Shown here piece after piece: positions 53,955 to 62,238 of a stretch of DNA of 64,000 bases. This DNA is from Myxococcota bacterium (GTDB lineage: Bacteria > Myxococcota_A > UBA9160 > UBA6930). The position numbers were made by a program, and so were the translations under genes. Under the pieces are notes generated by a model that saw only the letters and a program-made list of their open reading frames with translations, searched no databases and had not been told where the DNA came from. The stretch spans positions 2,092,388 to 2,156,387 of the forward strand of contig OZ245002.1 in NCBI GenBank assembly GCA_965223415.1. Direction: 5' to 3'. Numbering within the stretch: position 1 is the stretch's first letter; every line of letters starts with the position of its first letter.

Positions 53955-55349
53955 TCAGGAGCGTGCTGCGGCCTCGCCCAGGATCGCGAGGGCGGCGATC
54001 CGGTAGGCCTCGGTCAGGGTCGGGAAGTTGAAGGCGCTCTCGACGAAGTCGTCGACCTCCCAGCTCGCCTGGATGGCGACCTGGGCCACGTGGATCAGGT
54101 CCGTTGCGCCTTCGCCGAGGATCTGAACGCCGAGCACCCGACCGTTCTCAGCGCTCGCGACCATCTTCAGCCAGCCTTCGGTGCGCCGGTTGATCACCGA
54201 TCGCGCCACCTCGTCGAGGCGCGCGCGGCCGACGACCGGCGTGAGGCCCTGCTCGGTGGCGTCGGCCTCGGTGAGGCCGACGGTAGCCAGATCGGGAATG
54301 GTGTAGATGCCCACGGGCAGGGTGGAGGCGCCTTCGCCGGCAGGGAGCCCCAGAGCGCGGGCGACGGCGCGGCGGCCCTGCTCCATCGCCGTCGTGGCCA
54401 GGGCCGGGGGCCCGATCACGTCGCCGACCGCGAGGACGTGGGGAATGGCCGTGCGCAGGTCCGCATCCACGTCCAGCAAGCCGCGCTCGTTCACGGCGAG
54501 CCCGGCCCTCTCCAGCTGTAGCTCCGGCAGACAGCCCACGCGACCGAGCGCCACGAGGACCTTCGTGGCTTCGAGGAAACGGCCGTCCTCCAGGGTCACC
54601 ATGCTGTGGGAGAAGCCGTCCCACTCGACGCCAGTGGCACGGGCCTCGGGGACGTAGCGCCCGCCGCGCCTCTCGAAGGCCTCGACGAAACCCGCCGAGA
54701 GCTCCGGGTCGAGGAAGGCCAGCGGGCGCGGCGCGCGGTCGACGATCGTCACCCGGCTGCCGAGGGTGGCGAACACCGAGGCGTACTCGCAGGCGATCAC
54801 GCCGCCGCCCAGCACCAGGAGGCTCTCGGGCACGTAGCGGAGGGAGAGGATCGAGTCGCTGTCGAGGACGCGCTCGTGATCGACGGTGATCTCGTCGGGC
54901 ACGCGCGGCCGGGAGCCCGTGGCGATGACGATGCGCTCCGCTTCGATCTCGGTCACGGCGCCCCGCGGCGTCGTGACCGAGACGACGTGCTCGGACTCGA
55001 ATCGACCGCGTCCGCGCTCGATCTCGATTCCGTTGCGCTCGAGCTGGGCGCGCATGAAGCGGCTGTGGCCGGCCAGGACCGCGTCCACGCGCGCCTTCAG
55101 CTCCGACAGGGGCAGGGACCGTTCGCCGCCCTCGGCCGGCTTCTCGTCGCCGTCGCCCATGGACTCGAGGGCGAGCTGGCGCAGGGTCTTGCTCGGGATC
55201 GTTCCCCAGTGCACGCAGGCACCGCCCACGTCCCGTCCGGACTCCACCAGGGAGACCCGCCGGCCGGTTTTTGCCGCGGCGATCGCCGCCTTCTGGCCGC
55301 CGGGTCCGCCGCCGATCACGAGCAGGTCGACGCGCCTGCGGTCGGTCAC
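53955..55349 (-). CDS. sthA: soluble pyridine nucleotide transhydrogenase-like flavoprotein disulfide reductase family
   Basis: 464 aa with GGGPGG FAD motif, GGACVHWGTIPSKTLR (a single Cys, as in SthA rather than Lpd) and a second GGGVIACEYA NAD motif. Confidence 0.8.
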   Translation of the reverse strand: MTDRRRVDLLVIGGGPGGQKAAIAAAKTGRRVSLVESGRDVGGACVHWGTIPSKTLRQLALESMGDGDEKPAEGGERSLPLSELKARVDAVLAGHSRFMRAQLERNGIEIERGRGRFESEHVVSVTTPRGAVTEIEAERIVIATGSRPRVPDEITVDHERVLDSDSILSLRYVPESLLVLGGGVIACEYASVFATLGSRVTIVDRAPRPLAFLDPELSAGFVEAFERRGGRYVPEARATGVEWDGFSHSMVTLEDGRFLEATKVLVALGRVGCLPELQLERAGLAVNERGLLDVDADLRTAIPHVLAVGDVIGPPALATTAMEQGRRAVARALGLPAGEGASTLPVGIYTIPDLATVGLTEADATEQGLTPVVGRARLDEVARSVINRRTEGWLKMVASAENGRVLGVQILGEGATDLIHVAQVAIQASWEVDDFVESAFNFPTLTEAYRIAALAILGEAAARS

Positions 55350-56188
55350 TCCCCATTCTCCAGCATCTCGCGGATGACGTCCCTTCGCGCGAGCAGGGCG
55401 TCGAGGTCGTCGGGGTAGATCCCCAGCTCGTCCAGGATCGGATCGGCGCGCAGGGCTTCCTCCTTGGCTTCGTCGTCCTCGTCCGCGTCGAGGAGATCGA
55501 AGAGGCGCTCGGCCAAGAGCACGAGAAGGGCGTCACGCGCCGCCGAGGCCCGCGGCGTCGATTCGTCGAAGGCGACCGTCTCGCGCACGTGCTCCGGAAG
55601 GCCCCAGCTCTCGGCCGCACGCAGCCCCAGGCGGAGCCGGAAGGCGGCCTCGAGCTCCCGGAACTCCTCTGGCGGCATGCGCGGATCGCTCGCCCGACGA
55701 ATCCGTGAGAGCGCACGGATCAGGAGTGCCGTGCCCACGTGGCGAAGCAGGCCCGAGAGGAAGGCGGCCTCGACGTCCTCGCGAAGCGCGCGGGCCACCT
55801 CCTTGGCGAACAGGCCGGTGCCGAGAGATCGCCGCCAGAGCTGGCGCAGCTCCTCCTGGAAGCCGGGGGCGTTGAACACGCCGTCTCGAACGCTCGCGGC
55901 CACCGCCAGCTCGACGACGCGCTGGACGCCGAGCCGCGCGATCGCCTGCTGCAGCGACACGATGGCGACACGGCCCGCCTGCATGGCGGAGTTCGCGTCC
56001 TTCAGGATCTCTGCCGCGAGGCCCTGATCGCGGTGGACCAGCTCGGCCAGATCGGCCGCTGCCGTCATCGGATCCGCCGCGGTCTCGAGCACGCGCTGCG
56101 CGACCTCCGGAAGGGGAGGCAGCTCGATGCGGCCCGCGTCGTATCGACGTTCGAGCTCGCGACGGAGTGATTCGAGACTGCGCGCCAT
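55346..56188 (-). CDS. HDOD domain protein
   Basis: 280 aa with LPPLPEVAQRVL, LAAEILKDANSA and GLLRHVG motifs. There is a 4-nt overlap with sthA. Confidence 0.85.
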   Translation of the reverse strand: MARSLESLRRELERRYDAGRIELPPLPEVAQRVLETAADPMTAAADLAELVHRDQGLAAEILKDANSAMQAGRVAIVSLQQAIARLGVQRVVELAVAASVRDGVFNAPGFQEELRQLWRRSLGTGLFAKEVARALREDVEAAFLSGLLRHVGTALLIRALSRIRRASDPRMPPEEFRELEAAFRLRLGLRAAESWGLPEHVRETVAFDESTPRASAARDALLVLLAERLFDLLDADEDDEAKEEALRADPILDELGIYPDDLDALLARRDVIREMLENGE

Positions 56189-56282
56189 CGCACTTCACCC
56201 GTCGGTGTTCCTCCCGGACACCTTTACAGGAACTCGCAGCTCCGGCGTGTCTTCGCTCGCAGGCCGGCGCCTTCGCTCGGCG

Positions 56283-56315
56283 ATGAAACGGAGCCGCTTG
56301 CAGGATGAAACGCGC
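56283..56315 (+). promoter_or_regulatory. ATGAAACGG / ATGAAACGCGC motif pair (candidate enhancer/UAS)
   Basis: Two copies 22 nt apart, 35-65 nt upstream of the sigma54 promoter at 56349. Confidence 0.4.
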
Positions 56316-56348
56316 CGGTGCCGAACGTGCCTCACGCGCACCCGCGAC

Positions 56349-56364
56349 TGGCACGTCGCTTGCT
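56349..56364 (+). promoter_or_regulatory. sigma54 promoter upstream of the PilZ-TPR-pseudokinase-activator operon
   Basis: TGGCAC-gtcgc-TTGCT, 27 nt upstream of the GTG at 56391. Confidence 0.7.
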
Positions 56365-56390
56365 CTTCCGTCTGCGAGGAGGATCGTCCC

Positions 56391-56930
56391 GTGAGCGACT
56401 CCGAGGCCCGGTCCGGTGATCAGGACCAGCGTTCCTACTACCGCGTCCCCACTTTTCTCCCGGTGCGCTGCCGTCGCGTCGGCGCCAGCGAGCTCGCCGC
56501 GCTAGAGGCGGAGATCCTGACCCACGAGTCCTTCGACGTCTCGAACGTCGATCCCGGGCTGTGCGAGTGGCTCGATCGCATCGAGGGAAAGCTCGACCGG
56601 ATCCTCGCCCACTACGAGTCCGAGGACGGGCGCTGGATCACCCCTGAAGGGCCGCTCGAGCTGACCCTCTCGGGCTCCGGTATCCGGCTGCCGGTGACGC
56701 AGGAGGTCGCAGTCGGGACCAACGTGCTGCTCGAGATCGTCCTGCCGGGAACGCCGAAGCAGGTGATCCGCTGCATCGGGGAGGTGGCGAAGAGCGACGA
56801 CGACGAGAAGGGCCCCGCCATCGCGGCGGGCTTCCGCGTCATCGCCGAGAGCGACCGCGACGCGGTGGTCGGCCACGTCCTGCAGGTGCAGCGCTCCGAG
56901 TTGCGGCGGCGCGCGTCGGGCGACGAGTGA
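56391..56930 (+). CDS. PilZ domain protein
   Basis: GTG follows gaggagga. RxxxR (RSYYR) and an xLSGSG motif in a PilZ beta-barrel context. Confidence 0.7.
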   Translation: MSDSEARSGDQDQRSYYRVPTFLPVRCRRVGASELAALEAEILTHESFDVSNVDPGLCEWLDRIEGKLDRILAHYESEDGRWITPEGPLELTLSGSGIRLPVTQEVAVGTNVLLEIVLPGTPKQVIRCIGEVAKSDDDEKGPAIAAGFRVIAESDRDAVVGHVLQVQRSELRRRASGDE

Positions 56931-59014
56931 TCGGCCGCCTCGCGATCGTCCTGCTCGGCACGGCCTTCGCTCTCGCGGGGGGGCCGGCGACCGCCGAGGA
57001 AGAGGTGCCAGCGGCCGGTCCCGTCGCGGTGCCGCCGGATCCCTTCGCCATCTTCTCCGCGCGCCGCGCCTGGCTGCCGGTGCTCGACGCGGTGGAGCCC
57101 TGTCTCCCCGCGGAGCCCCCGGACGCCCTTCGCCCGGTGCTGCCGTTCGTGCTGGAGGACCGGGAGTCGGCGACCCGCCGAGTGCTGGAGCTGGCCGAGG
57201 AGACCCGGCGCAAGGAGGGCGAAGGGCTCTCGGCCGATCTCCGCCTGTGGCTCGCGATCGCCGGCGCGCGGGTCGCCGATACGGCGGAGCGTCGCCACGA
57301 CGCGATCCGGACGATCGACCGGGCGCTGACCCGGGGTGGCGGCGGTGAGGCCCGGGTGTGCGCTTACCTCGAGCGCGCGCGAGCGGAGCTGCGCATTCAC
57401 CGGGCGCCGGAGGCGAGTGCCTCCGCGCTGCGGGCCCTCCGGGAGGGAGAGGCGGCGGAGCTGCCGCCGGCGCGTGTGGAGGCGGCTCGCTTCCTGCGGG
57501 CGGAGGCGCTCCTGCTCGCGGGCCGGGTCGACGACGCGCGCTCCCTCTACGAGTCCCTGGCCGCGGCGGACCGCCCTGGGGTCGCCGCCGCGTCGCGCCT
57601 CCGCCTGATCGAAAGCGTCGGAGGGGAGATCGATCCGGTGACGGCATGGAAGCGCCTGCAGGCGCGCATGGAGGAGGCGCGCGATGCCGACCTCGACCTG
57701 CGCGCCTTCGCGAGGGTCGCGACCGAGTTCGCGCTTCGCGCTGGCGATTCGAGGCGTGCGCTCCTCCATGCCTCCCGTGCGGCGGATCTGGAGGGCGACG
57801 ACCTGGCGACCGGACTCGCTGCCATCCGAAAGGCGGACGTGCTGGCAGCGCGGGATCGCGGCGCGGATGCCGCCCTCACGCTCCGGCGGCTCTCGGAGGT
57901 GCACCCGGACGTCGACGTACGGCGGCTGGCGACGATTCGGCTGGCCGTCCACGGGCTCGGAGGAGAGACCGCCGCGGAAGAGCGCGCGGTGCTGGAAGAC
58001 GCGGCGGCCTCGAGCGAGCGGGGGCTCTCGGTGTACGCCCGCGCGGTGCTGCTCCACCGCCATGTCGGAGAGGGTGAGGTGGATCTCGCCCTCGCCGAGT
58101 ACGCCCGACTGGCCTACGACGATCCCGACGACGTGCTCGCTCCGGACCATCGCGACGATCTCGACGCCGCCCTGCGCGCTGCGGTGGGCTCCCACTGCCC
58201 GACGACGGTGCGCCTGCTCGGCGGACGTCGCGAGCTCTTCCTGCGCCAGGCGCGGGTGAGCGAGCCCTTCGTTGCGCTGGCGGATTGCTACCTGGCGCTC
58301 GGCATGCCTGTGCCGGCCCTGGGTGCCTATCGCGCTGTCACCCGTGCCTTCGGCCCGTCGCTTGCCGCCCAGCTCACCCTGCGACTCGCCCGTGCGTCGC
58401 TCGGCGCGGGAGACCTGCCCGCGGTGCGCGCTGCCCTGCGCGCGCATCGGGAGCACCCCGGCGAGCCTCGGGGGGGCCTGGCGGGGGACAGCTGGCCCCT
58501 GTTCGAGGCGGAGCTGGCGCTGCGCGAGGGACGGGAGGAGGCGGCGGCGGAGCGGCTGCTCTCCCTCGTGCGCGGCGGACGTGCGCCGCTGCGCGCGCTC
58601 CGCCGGCTGGCGGAGCTCGTCGCCCGGGACAAGACCGGAGGCGAGGCGCTCGCGGTCCTCGAGGACGAGACCTCCCGCTGGCAGCTCGCGCCGGATCCCC
58701 TGGCCGACGCCGAGGAGGCGCAGATCCGTGCGGGCATCGCGCTGGTGGTGGCCGACCGGCTGCTGGCGCGGGACGAGACCTCCCGCGCCCATTACTACTA
58801 CGGGCTGGCCGCCGAGACCCTCGCCGACGGGCCCGAGCGCGCGCGTGCCCGCTTCGCACGCGCGCGCCTGAGTCGCGGTGAGCGGCGCCGGCGCGCCTTC
58901 GAGACCGCCGCCGAGCCGACCCAGGGCCCGGCCCTCTGGAACCGCCTCGCCGGCATCGAGCTGCGCGCCGCCGAGCTTCGAGCGGAAATCGGGCGCGCGG
59001 AGCCGACACCGTGA
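56927..59014 (+). CDS. secreted TPR-like/helical-repeat protein
   Basis: GTGA-coupled, 695 aa. Signal peptide (LAIVLLGTAFALAGGPATA) followed by Ala/Leu/Arg/Glu-rich helical repeats. Confidence 0.55.
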   Translation: MIGRLAIVLLGTAFALAGGPATAEEEVPAAGPVAVPPDPFAIFSARRAWLPVLDAVEPCLPAEPPDALRPVLPFVLEDRESATRRVLELAEETRRKEGEGLSADLRLWLAIAGARVADTAERRHDAIRTIDRALTRGGGGEARVCAYLERARAELRIHRAPEASASALRALREGEAAELPPARVEAARFLRAEALLLAGRVDDARSLYESLAAADRPGVAAASRLRLIESVGGEIDPVTAWKRLQARMEEARDADLDLRAFARVATEFALRAGDSRRALLHASRAADLEGDDLATGLAAIRKADVLAARDRGADAALTLRRLSEVHPDVDVRRLATIRLAVHGLGGETAAEERAVLEDAAASSERGLSVYARAVLLHRHVGEGEVDLALAEYARLAYDDPDDVLAPDHRDDLDAALRAAVGSHCPTTVRLLGGRRELFLRQARVSEPFVALADCYLALGMPVPALGAYRAVTRAFGPSLAAQLTLRLARASLGAGDLPAVRAALRAHREHPGEPRGGLAGDSWPLFEAELALREGREEAAAERLLSLVRGGRAPLRALRRLAELVARDKTGGEALAVLEDETSRWQLAPDPLADAEEAQIRAGIALVVADRLLARDETSRAHYYYGLAAETLADGPERARARFARARLSRGERRRRAFETAAEPTQGPALWNRLAGIELRAAELRAEIGRAEPTP

Positions 59015-59063
59015 CGACCACCCGCGACGCGGAGCCGACACCGTGACCGCCACCCGCGACGCG
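59000..59063 (+). repeat. 32-bp tandem duplication spanning a gene junction
   Basis: gagccgacaccgtgacgaccacccgcgacgcg is followed at once by gagccgacaccgtgaccgccacccgcgacgcg (2 mismatches). Each unit contains a GTGA start/stop overlap. Confidence 0.9.
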
Positions 59064-59606
59064 GAGCTCGCCTCGGCTCTCCTCGACCTGCGCGCTCCCT
59101 TGTCGCGCATCGAGCTGGCGGCGAGTCGGCTCGACCGCGAGGAGCGGACGCCCCGCACGGGCGAGCTCGCGCGAACGATTCGCGAGGCCGTGGCGGCCGC
59201 CGATCACAAGCTCGAGCTGGCGTTGCGGGTGCTGGCGCCGCCCGCAGCGGAGCCGGCCCTTCCCGCGGCAGGTGTGCTGGAGGAGCTCGCCCTGCGGCTG
59301 CGTCCCGTGCTGGCGGCGCGTGGTCTCGAGCTGCGGGTCCACGGCGAGCCTTCGCCGGCCCTCGATCCCGCCGTGCTCCGTCGCGCCGCCATCGCCCTGG
59401 CCGGCACCGCGGCGGAGCTGGCGGAGGCGGGGCCGGTCGAGCTCCGTCTCGTGTCGGGGGAGGGGCGCTGGGGAGTCGAGGCGTGCTGGAGCGCCGCCGC
59501 CGGCGAAGGCGCCGCACTGCGCCGCCTCCGACCGCTGGCCCTCCTATGCGGCGGGGAAGCCTGTCACACGGACCGGGGCGCCGTCTTCTGGATGTCGACT
59601 TCGTGA
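59043..59606 (+). CDS. degenerate histidine-kinase-like protein (no phosphoacceptor His, no N/G boxes)
   Basis: 187 aa. The H-box-like stretch LLDLRAPLSRI stands where SHELRTPL is expected. It is followed by a short HATPase-like region without recognisable N, G1 or G2 boxes. Coupled (GTGA) to the downstream activator. Confidence 0.45.
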   Translation: MTATRDAELASALLDLRAPLSRIELAASRLDREERTPRTGELARTIREAVAAADHKLELALRVLAPPAAEPALPAAGVLEELALRLRPVLAARGLELRVHGEPSPALDPAVLRRAAIALAGTAAELAEAGPVELRLVSGEGRWGVEACWSAAAGEGAALRRLRPLALLCGGEACHTDRGAVFWMSTS

Positions 59607-60895
59607 GGGTGCTGGCGCGCCTCCGGGACGCCGGCCTGCGCCGGGACGTCCTCGCCATCGCCCGCGCCGCCGGCTACGCGGCCGAAGAGGGCGCGAGCGA
59701 TGCGGCGATGCTCGCCAGGGTGGAGCGGGGCGGCGTCGACGCCTCCCTGGTCGAGGTGAGCCGGCACGCCGACCTGCACCTGATCGAGGAGCTGCGCCGC
59801 CTCGCGCCGGACGTCGGCGTCGTCGCCGTGGGCGGACGGCCCGGCGTGGACCTGGTGGTCGACGCGTTTCGGGTCGGTGCCTCCGACTTCCTGCGCATGC
59901 CCTTCGACGTCTCTTCCCTGGAGCGGGCGCTGGCCCAGGTGCTGCGGCGGGAAGGCGCCGGGCCACGGGAGAGCGCCTTCCTCACCGAGGACGCGACCAC
60001 CCGGGGCCTGCTCGACCAGCTGCGAAGGGTGGCGGCCAGCGAGGCGACGGTTCGTCTGGTCGGCGAGTCCGGCACCGGCAAGGACCTGCTGGCCCGCTGG
60101 CTCCACGAAACGAGCTCGCGTCGTCACGGGCCCTTCGTGGTGGTGAGCTGCGCAGGGCTCGCGCCGAGCCTCGCCGAGAGCGAGCTTTTCGGTCACGTTC
60201 GCGGCGCCTTCTCCGGCGCGGTGGAAGCGCACCCCGGGCAGCTCGCCACCGCCGACGGCGGAACGCTGGTGCTCGACGAGATTGCCGACCTCCGCCTGGA
60301 GCTCCAGCCGAAGCTCCTGCGCGCGCTCCAGGAGCGCGAGGTGATTCCTCTCGGCGGGCGGACGCCCCGGCCCCTCGACATCCGCGTCGTGGTCACCACC
60401 CAGCGGGACCTGGGGCAGGAGGTCGCCGCCGGTCGCTTCCGGGCCGATCTCTACTACCGGCTCGACGTCGTCACCCTGCGCATTCCGCCCCTGCGCGAGC
60501 GGCCCTCGGACGTTCCCCTGCTGGCGCGCGCGTTCCTCGACCGCTTCGCCGCCGCCTCGGGCAGCGAGCCGGCGCGTCTGGACGACGAGGTCATCGCGGC
60601 GCTCGCGTCCCGCCCGTTCCGGGGCAACGTGCGCGAGCTGGAGAACCTGATGCGGCGCGCGGCACTCCTCTTTCCGGGGCGTTCCATCGACCCGGCCCGG
60701 CTGTTCACCCCGAGCGCGAGGTCCGGGGGAGGGATGACGCCGGGTCTGCGCTCGCTGAACCTCCGCGAGCTGGAGCGCGCCGCCGTGATCCGCTCCCTCG
60801 AGATGACAGGCGGCAACCGCACCCTCGCCTCGCGCGCCCTGGGCATCAGCGTGCGCACCCTGCGCAACAAGATCCGGCAATACGAGCTAGCCTGA
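59603..60895 (+). CDS. sigma54-dependent transcriptional activator with degenerate receiver domain (FlbD-like)
   Basis: 430 aa. Degenerate REC (Glu at the acceptor position, Lys replaced by Met), AAA+ (GESGTGKD, GAFSGA loop variant, ELFGH) and a Fis-type HTH. Confidence 0.9.
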   Translation: MRVLARLRDAGLRRDVLAIARAAGYAAEEGASDAAMLARVERGGVDASLVEVSRHADLHLIEELRRLAPDVGVVAVGGRPGVDLVVDAFRVGASDFLRMPFDVSSLERALAQVLRREGAGPRESAFLTEDATTRGLLDQLRRVAASEATVRLVGESGTGKDLLARWLHETSSRRHGPFVVVSCAGLAPSLAESELFGHVRGAFSGAVEAHPGQLATADGGTLVLDEIADLRLELQPKLLRALQEREVIPLGGRTPRPLDIRVVVTTQRDLGQEVAAGRFRADLYYRLDVVTLRIPPLRERPSDVPLLARAFLDRFAAASGSEPARLDDEVIAALASRPFRGNVRELENLMRRAALLFPGRSIDPARLFTPSARSGGGMTPGLRSLNLRELERAAVIRSLEMTGGNRTLASRALGISVRTLRNKIRQYELA

Positions 60896-60900
60896 GCCGC

Positions 60901-61242
60901 GTGATCAGCGCGTCCCAGCTGCGCAAGCTCGCCCTTGCCCTGCCGGGCGTCGAAGAAGGCACCTCCTACGGCACCCCCGCCTTCCGCGTGCGGAAGAAGC
61001 TGCTGGCGCGCGTGTCCGATGACGGCGAGTCCCTGGTCCTGCGCATCGACATGACGGATCGGGAAGCCCTGATGCGGAGCGATCCCAAGACCTTCTTCGT
61101 GACCGACCACTACCGCGACCACTCCTGGGTGCTGGTCCGGCTGGCGACGGTGAAGAAGGGCGAGCTGGCCGCGCTCTTCGAGCGGGCCTGGCGGGACGCG
61201 GCGCCGGCGAAGCTGATCGCGGAGCACGGCGCGCGGCGCTGA
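60901..61242 (+). CDS. MmcQ/YjbR family protein
   Basis: 113 aa with LPGVEEGTSYGTPAFRVRKKLLA, typical of the YjbR fold. Confidence 0.7.
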   Translation: MISASQLRKLALALPGVEEGTSYGTPAFRVRKKLLARVSDDGESLVLRIDMTDREALMRSDPKTFFVTDHYRDHSWVLVRLATVKKGELAALFERAWRDAAPAKLIAEHGARR

Positions 61243-61273
61243 CCCGGCACGAACGTCCCACCCGTCGTTCAAG

Positions 61274-61284
61274 CTGAAACGCGG
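61274..61284 (+). promoter_or_regulatory. CTGAAACGCGG motif (candidate enhancer/UAS)
   Basis: Identical 11-mer to 47580..47590, about 78 nt upstream of the flgB sigma54 promoter. Confidence 0.4.
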
Positions 61285-61351
61285 TGCTGCAAGGCGGGAG
61301 GCTCGCGGCGTCCCTGGCGGGCCGAGAGCGCGCGAGACCGCCAGCCGGCGG

Positions 61352-61367
61352 TGGCACTCGCCTTGCA
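61352..61367 (+). promoter_or_regulatory. sigma54 promoter upstream of flgB
   Basis: Perfect TGGCAC-tcgcc-TTGCA, 44 nt upstream of the ATG at 61411. Confidence 0.75.
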
Positions 61368-61410
61368 CTGGTTCCTGCCGACGCTCCCCGTGCGGGGATG
61401 GGAGGAGACG

Positions 61411-61803
61411 ATGCCCGGGCCGATGAACGGAGCCATGCCGCTGCTGGAGGACGCGATGCGCTTCCGGCTGGCGCGCCAGGCCGCGCTCGCGGGCAACGTC
61501 GCGAACGCGGACACGCCCGGCTATCGCCGCGTCGATCTCGAGTTCCAGCACGCGCTGGCGCACGCTGCGGCCCGGCTCGACCGGACGCACCCCGACCATC
61601 TCGGAACCGGAGGAGAAGGGGCGAGCGCGGACTACCGCGTCGTGCGCGGGCCCCGCGGCACGCGGCCCGACGGCAACGGCGTCGAGCTCGACAGCGAGCT
61701 GATCGCCCTCAACCGCAACGCGGGGGCGTTCCAGGACCAGGCCGCGGTGCTCTCGCGCCTCCACGTGCTTCGCCGGATCGCCGTCACAGGGGAGGGCCGC
61801 TGA
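61411..61803 (+). CDS. flgB: flagellar proximal rod protein FlgB
   Basis: ATG follows gggaggag. 130 aa with LAGNVANADTPGYR and a C-terminal LNRNAGAFQ. Confidence 0.85.
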   Translation: MPGPMNGAMPLLEDAMRFRLARQAALAGNVANADTPGYRRVDLEFQHALAHAAARLDRTHPDHLGTGGEGASADYRVVRGPRGTRPDGNGVELDSELIALNRNAGAFQDQAAVLSRLHVLRRIAVTGEGR

Positions 61804-62228
61804 TGAAGATCAGTGAGATCGTGGACATCGGCGTCTCCGGCGTGCTGGCCCAGCGCGCGCGCATGGCCGCCACCGCGTCGAACCTCGCCAACGCCGAGAC
61901 CACCCGCACACCCGAAGGCGGGCCCTACCGCCGCCGGGATCCGGTCTTCCGCACGAGCGGAGTCGGCGGTCCCTTCGCGGACCGGCTGGCCCGGGCGGTG
62001 CGCAAGGTCGAGGTCGCGCGGGTCGCCCTCGATCCGCGTCCGCCCACCACCCGATTCGATCCCGGGCATCCGGACGCGGACCCCCAGGGCTACGTAGCGA
62101 TTCCCCGGGTGAACGTCGTGGAGGAGCTCTCCAACATGATGTCGGCGAGCCGCTCCTACCAGGCCAACCTGCTGATCCTGCGAAAGGCCCGCGAAATGGC
62201 TCGCGCGGCGCTGCAGATCGGCGGCTAG
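61803..62228 (+). CDS. flgC: flagellar proximal rod protein FlgC
   Basis: 141 aa with ATASNLANAETTRTPEGGPYRR and a C-terminal VNVVEELSNMMSASRSYQANL. Confidence 0.9.
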   Translation: MKISEIVDIGVSGVLAQRARMAATASNLANAETTRTPEGGPYRRRDPVFRTSGVGGPFADRLARAVRKVEVARVALDPRPPTTRFDPGHPDADPQGYVAIPRVNVVEELSNMMSASRSYQANLLILRKAREMARAALQIGG

Positions 62229-62238
62229 GAGACGGTCC

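Noticed and set aside
58878-59042. The ATG at 58878 as the start of the pseudokinase gene (242-aa version in the ORF track).
   Set aside because: That extension overlaps the 3' end of the TPR-like gene by 137 nt in another frame and encodes Arg/Pro/Ser-rich low-complexity sequence. The GTG at 59043, with a stop/start overlap, fits the operon pattern.
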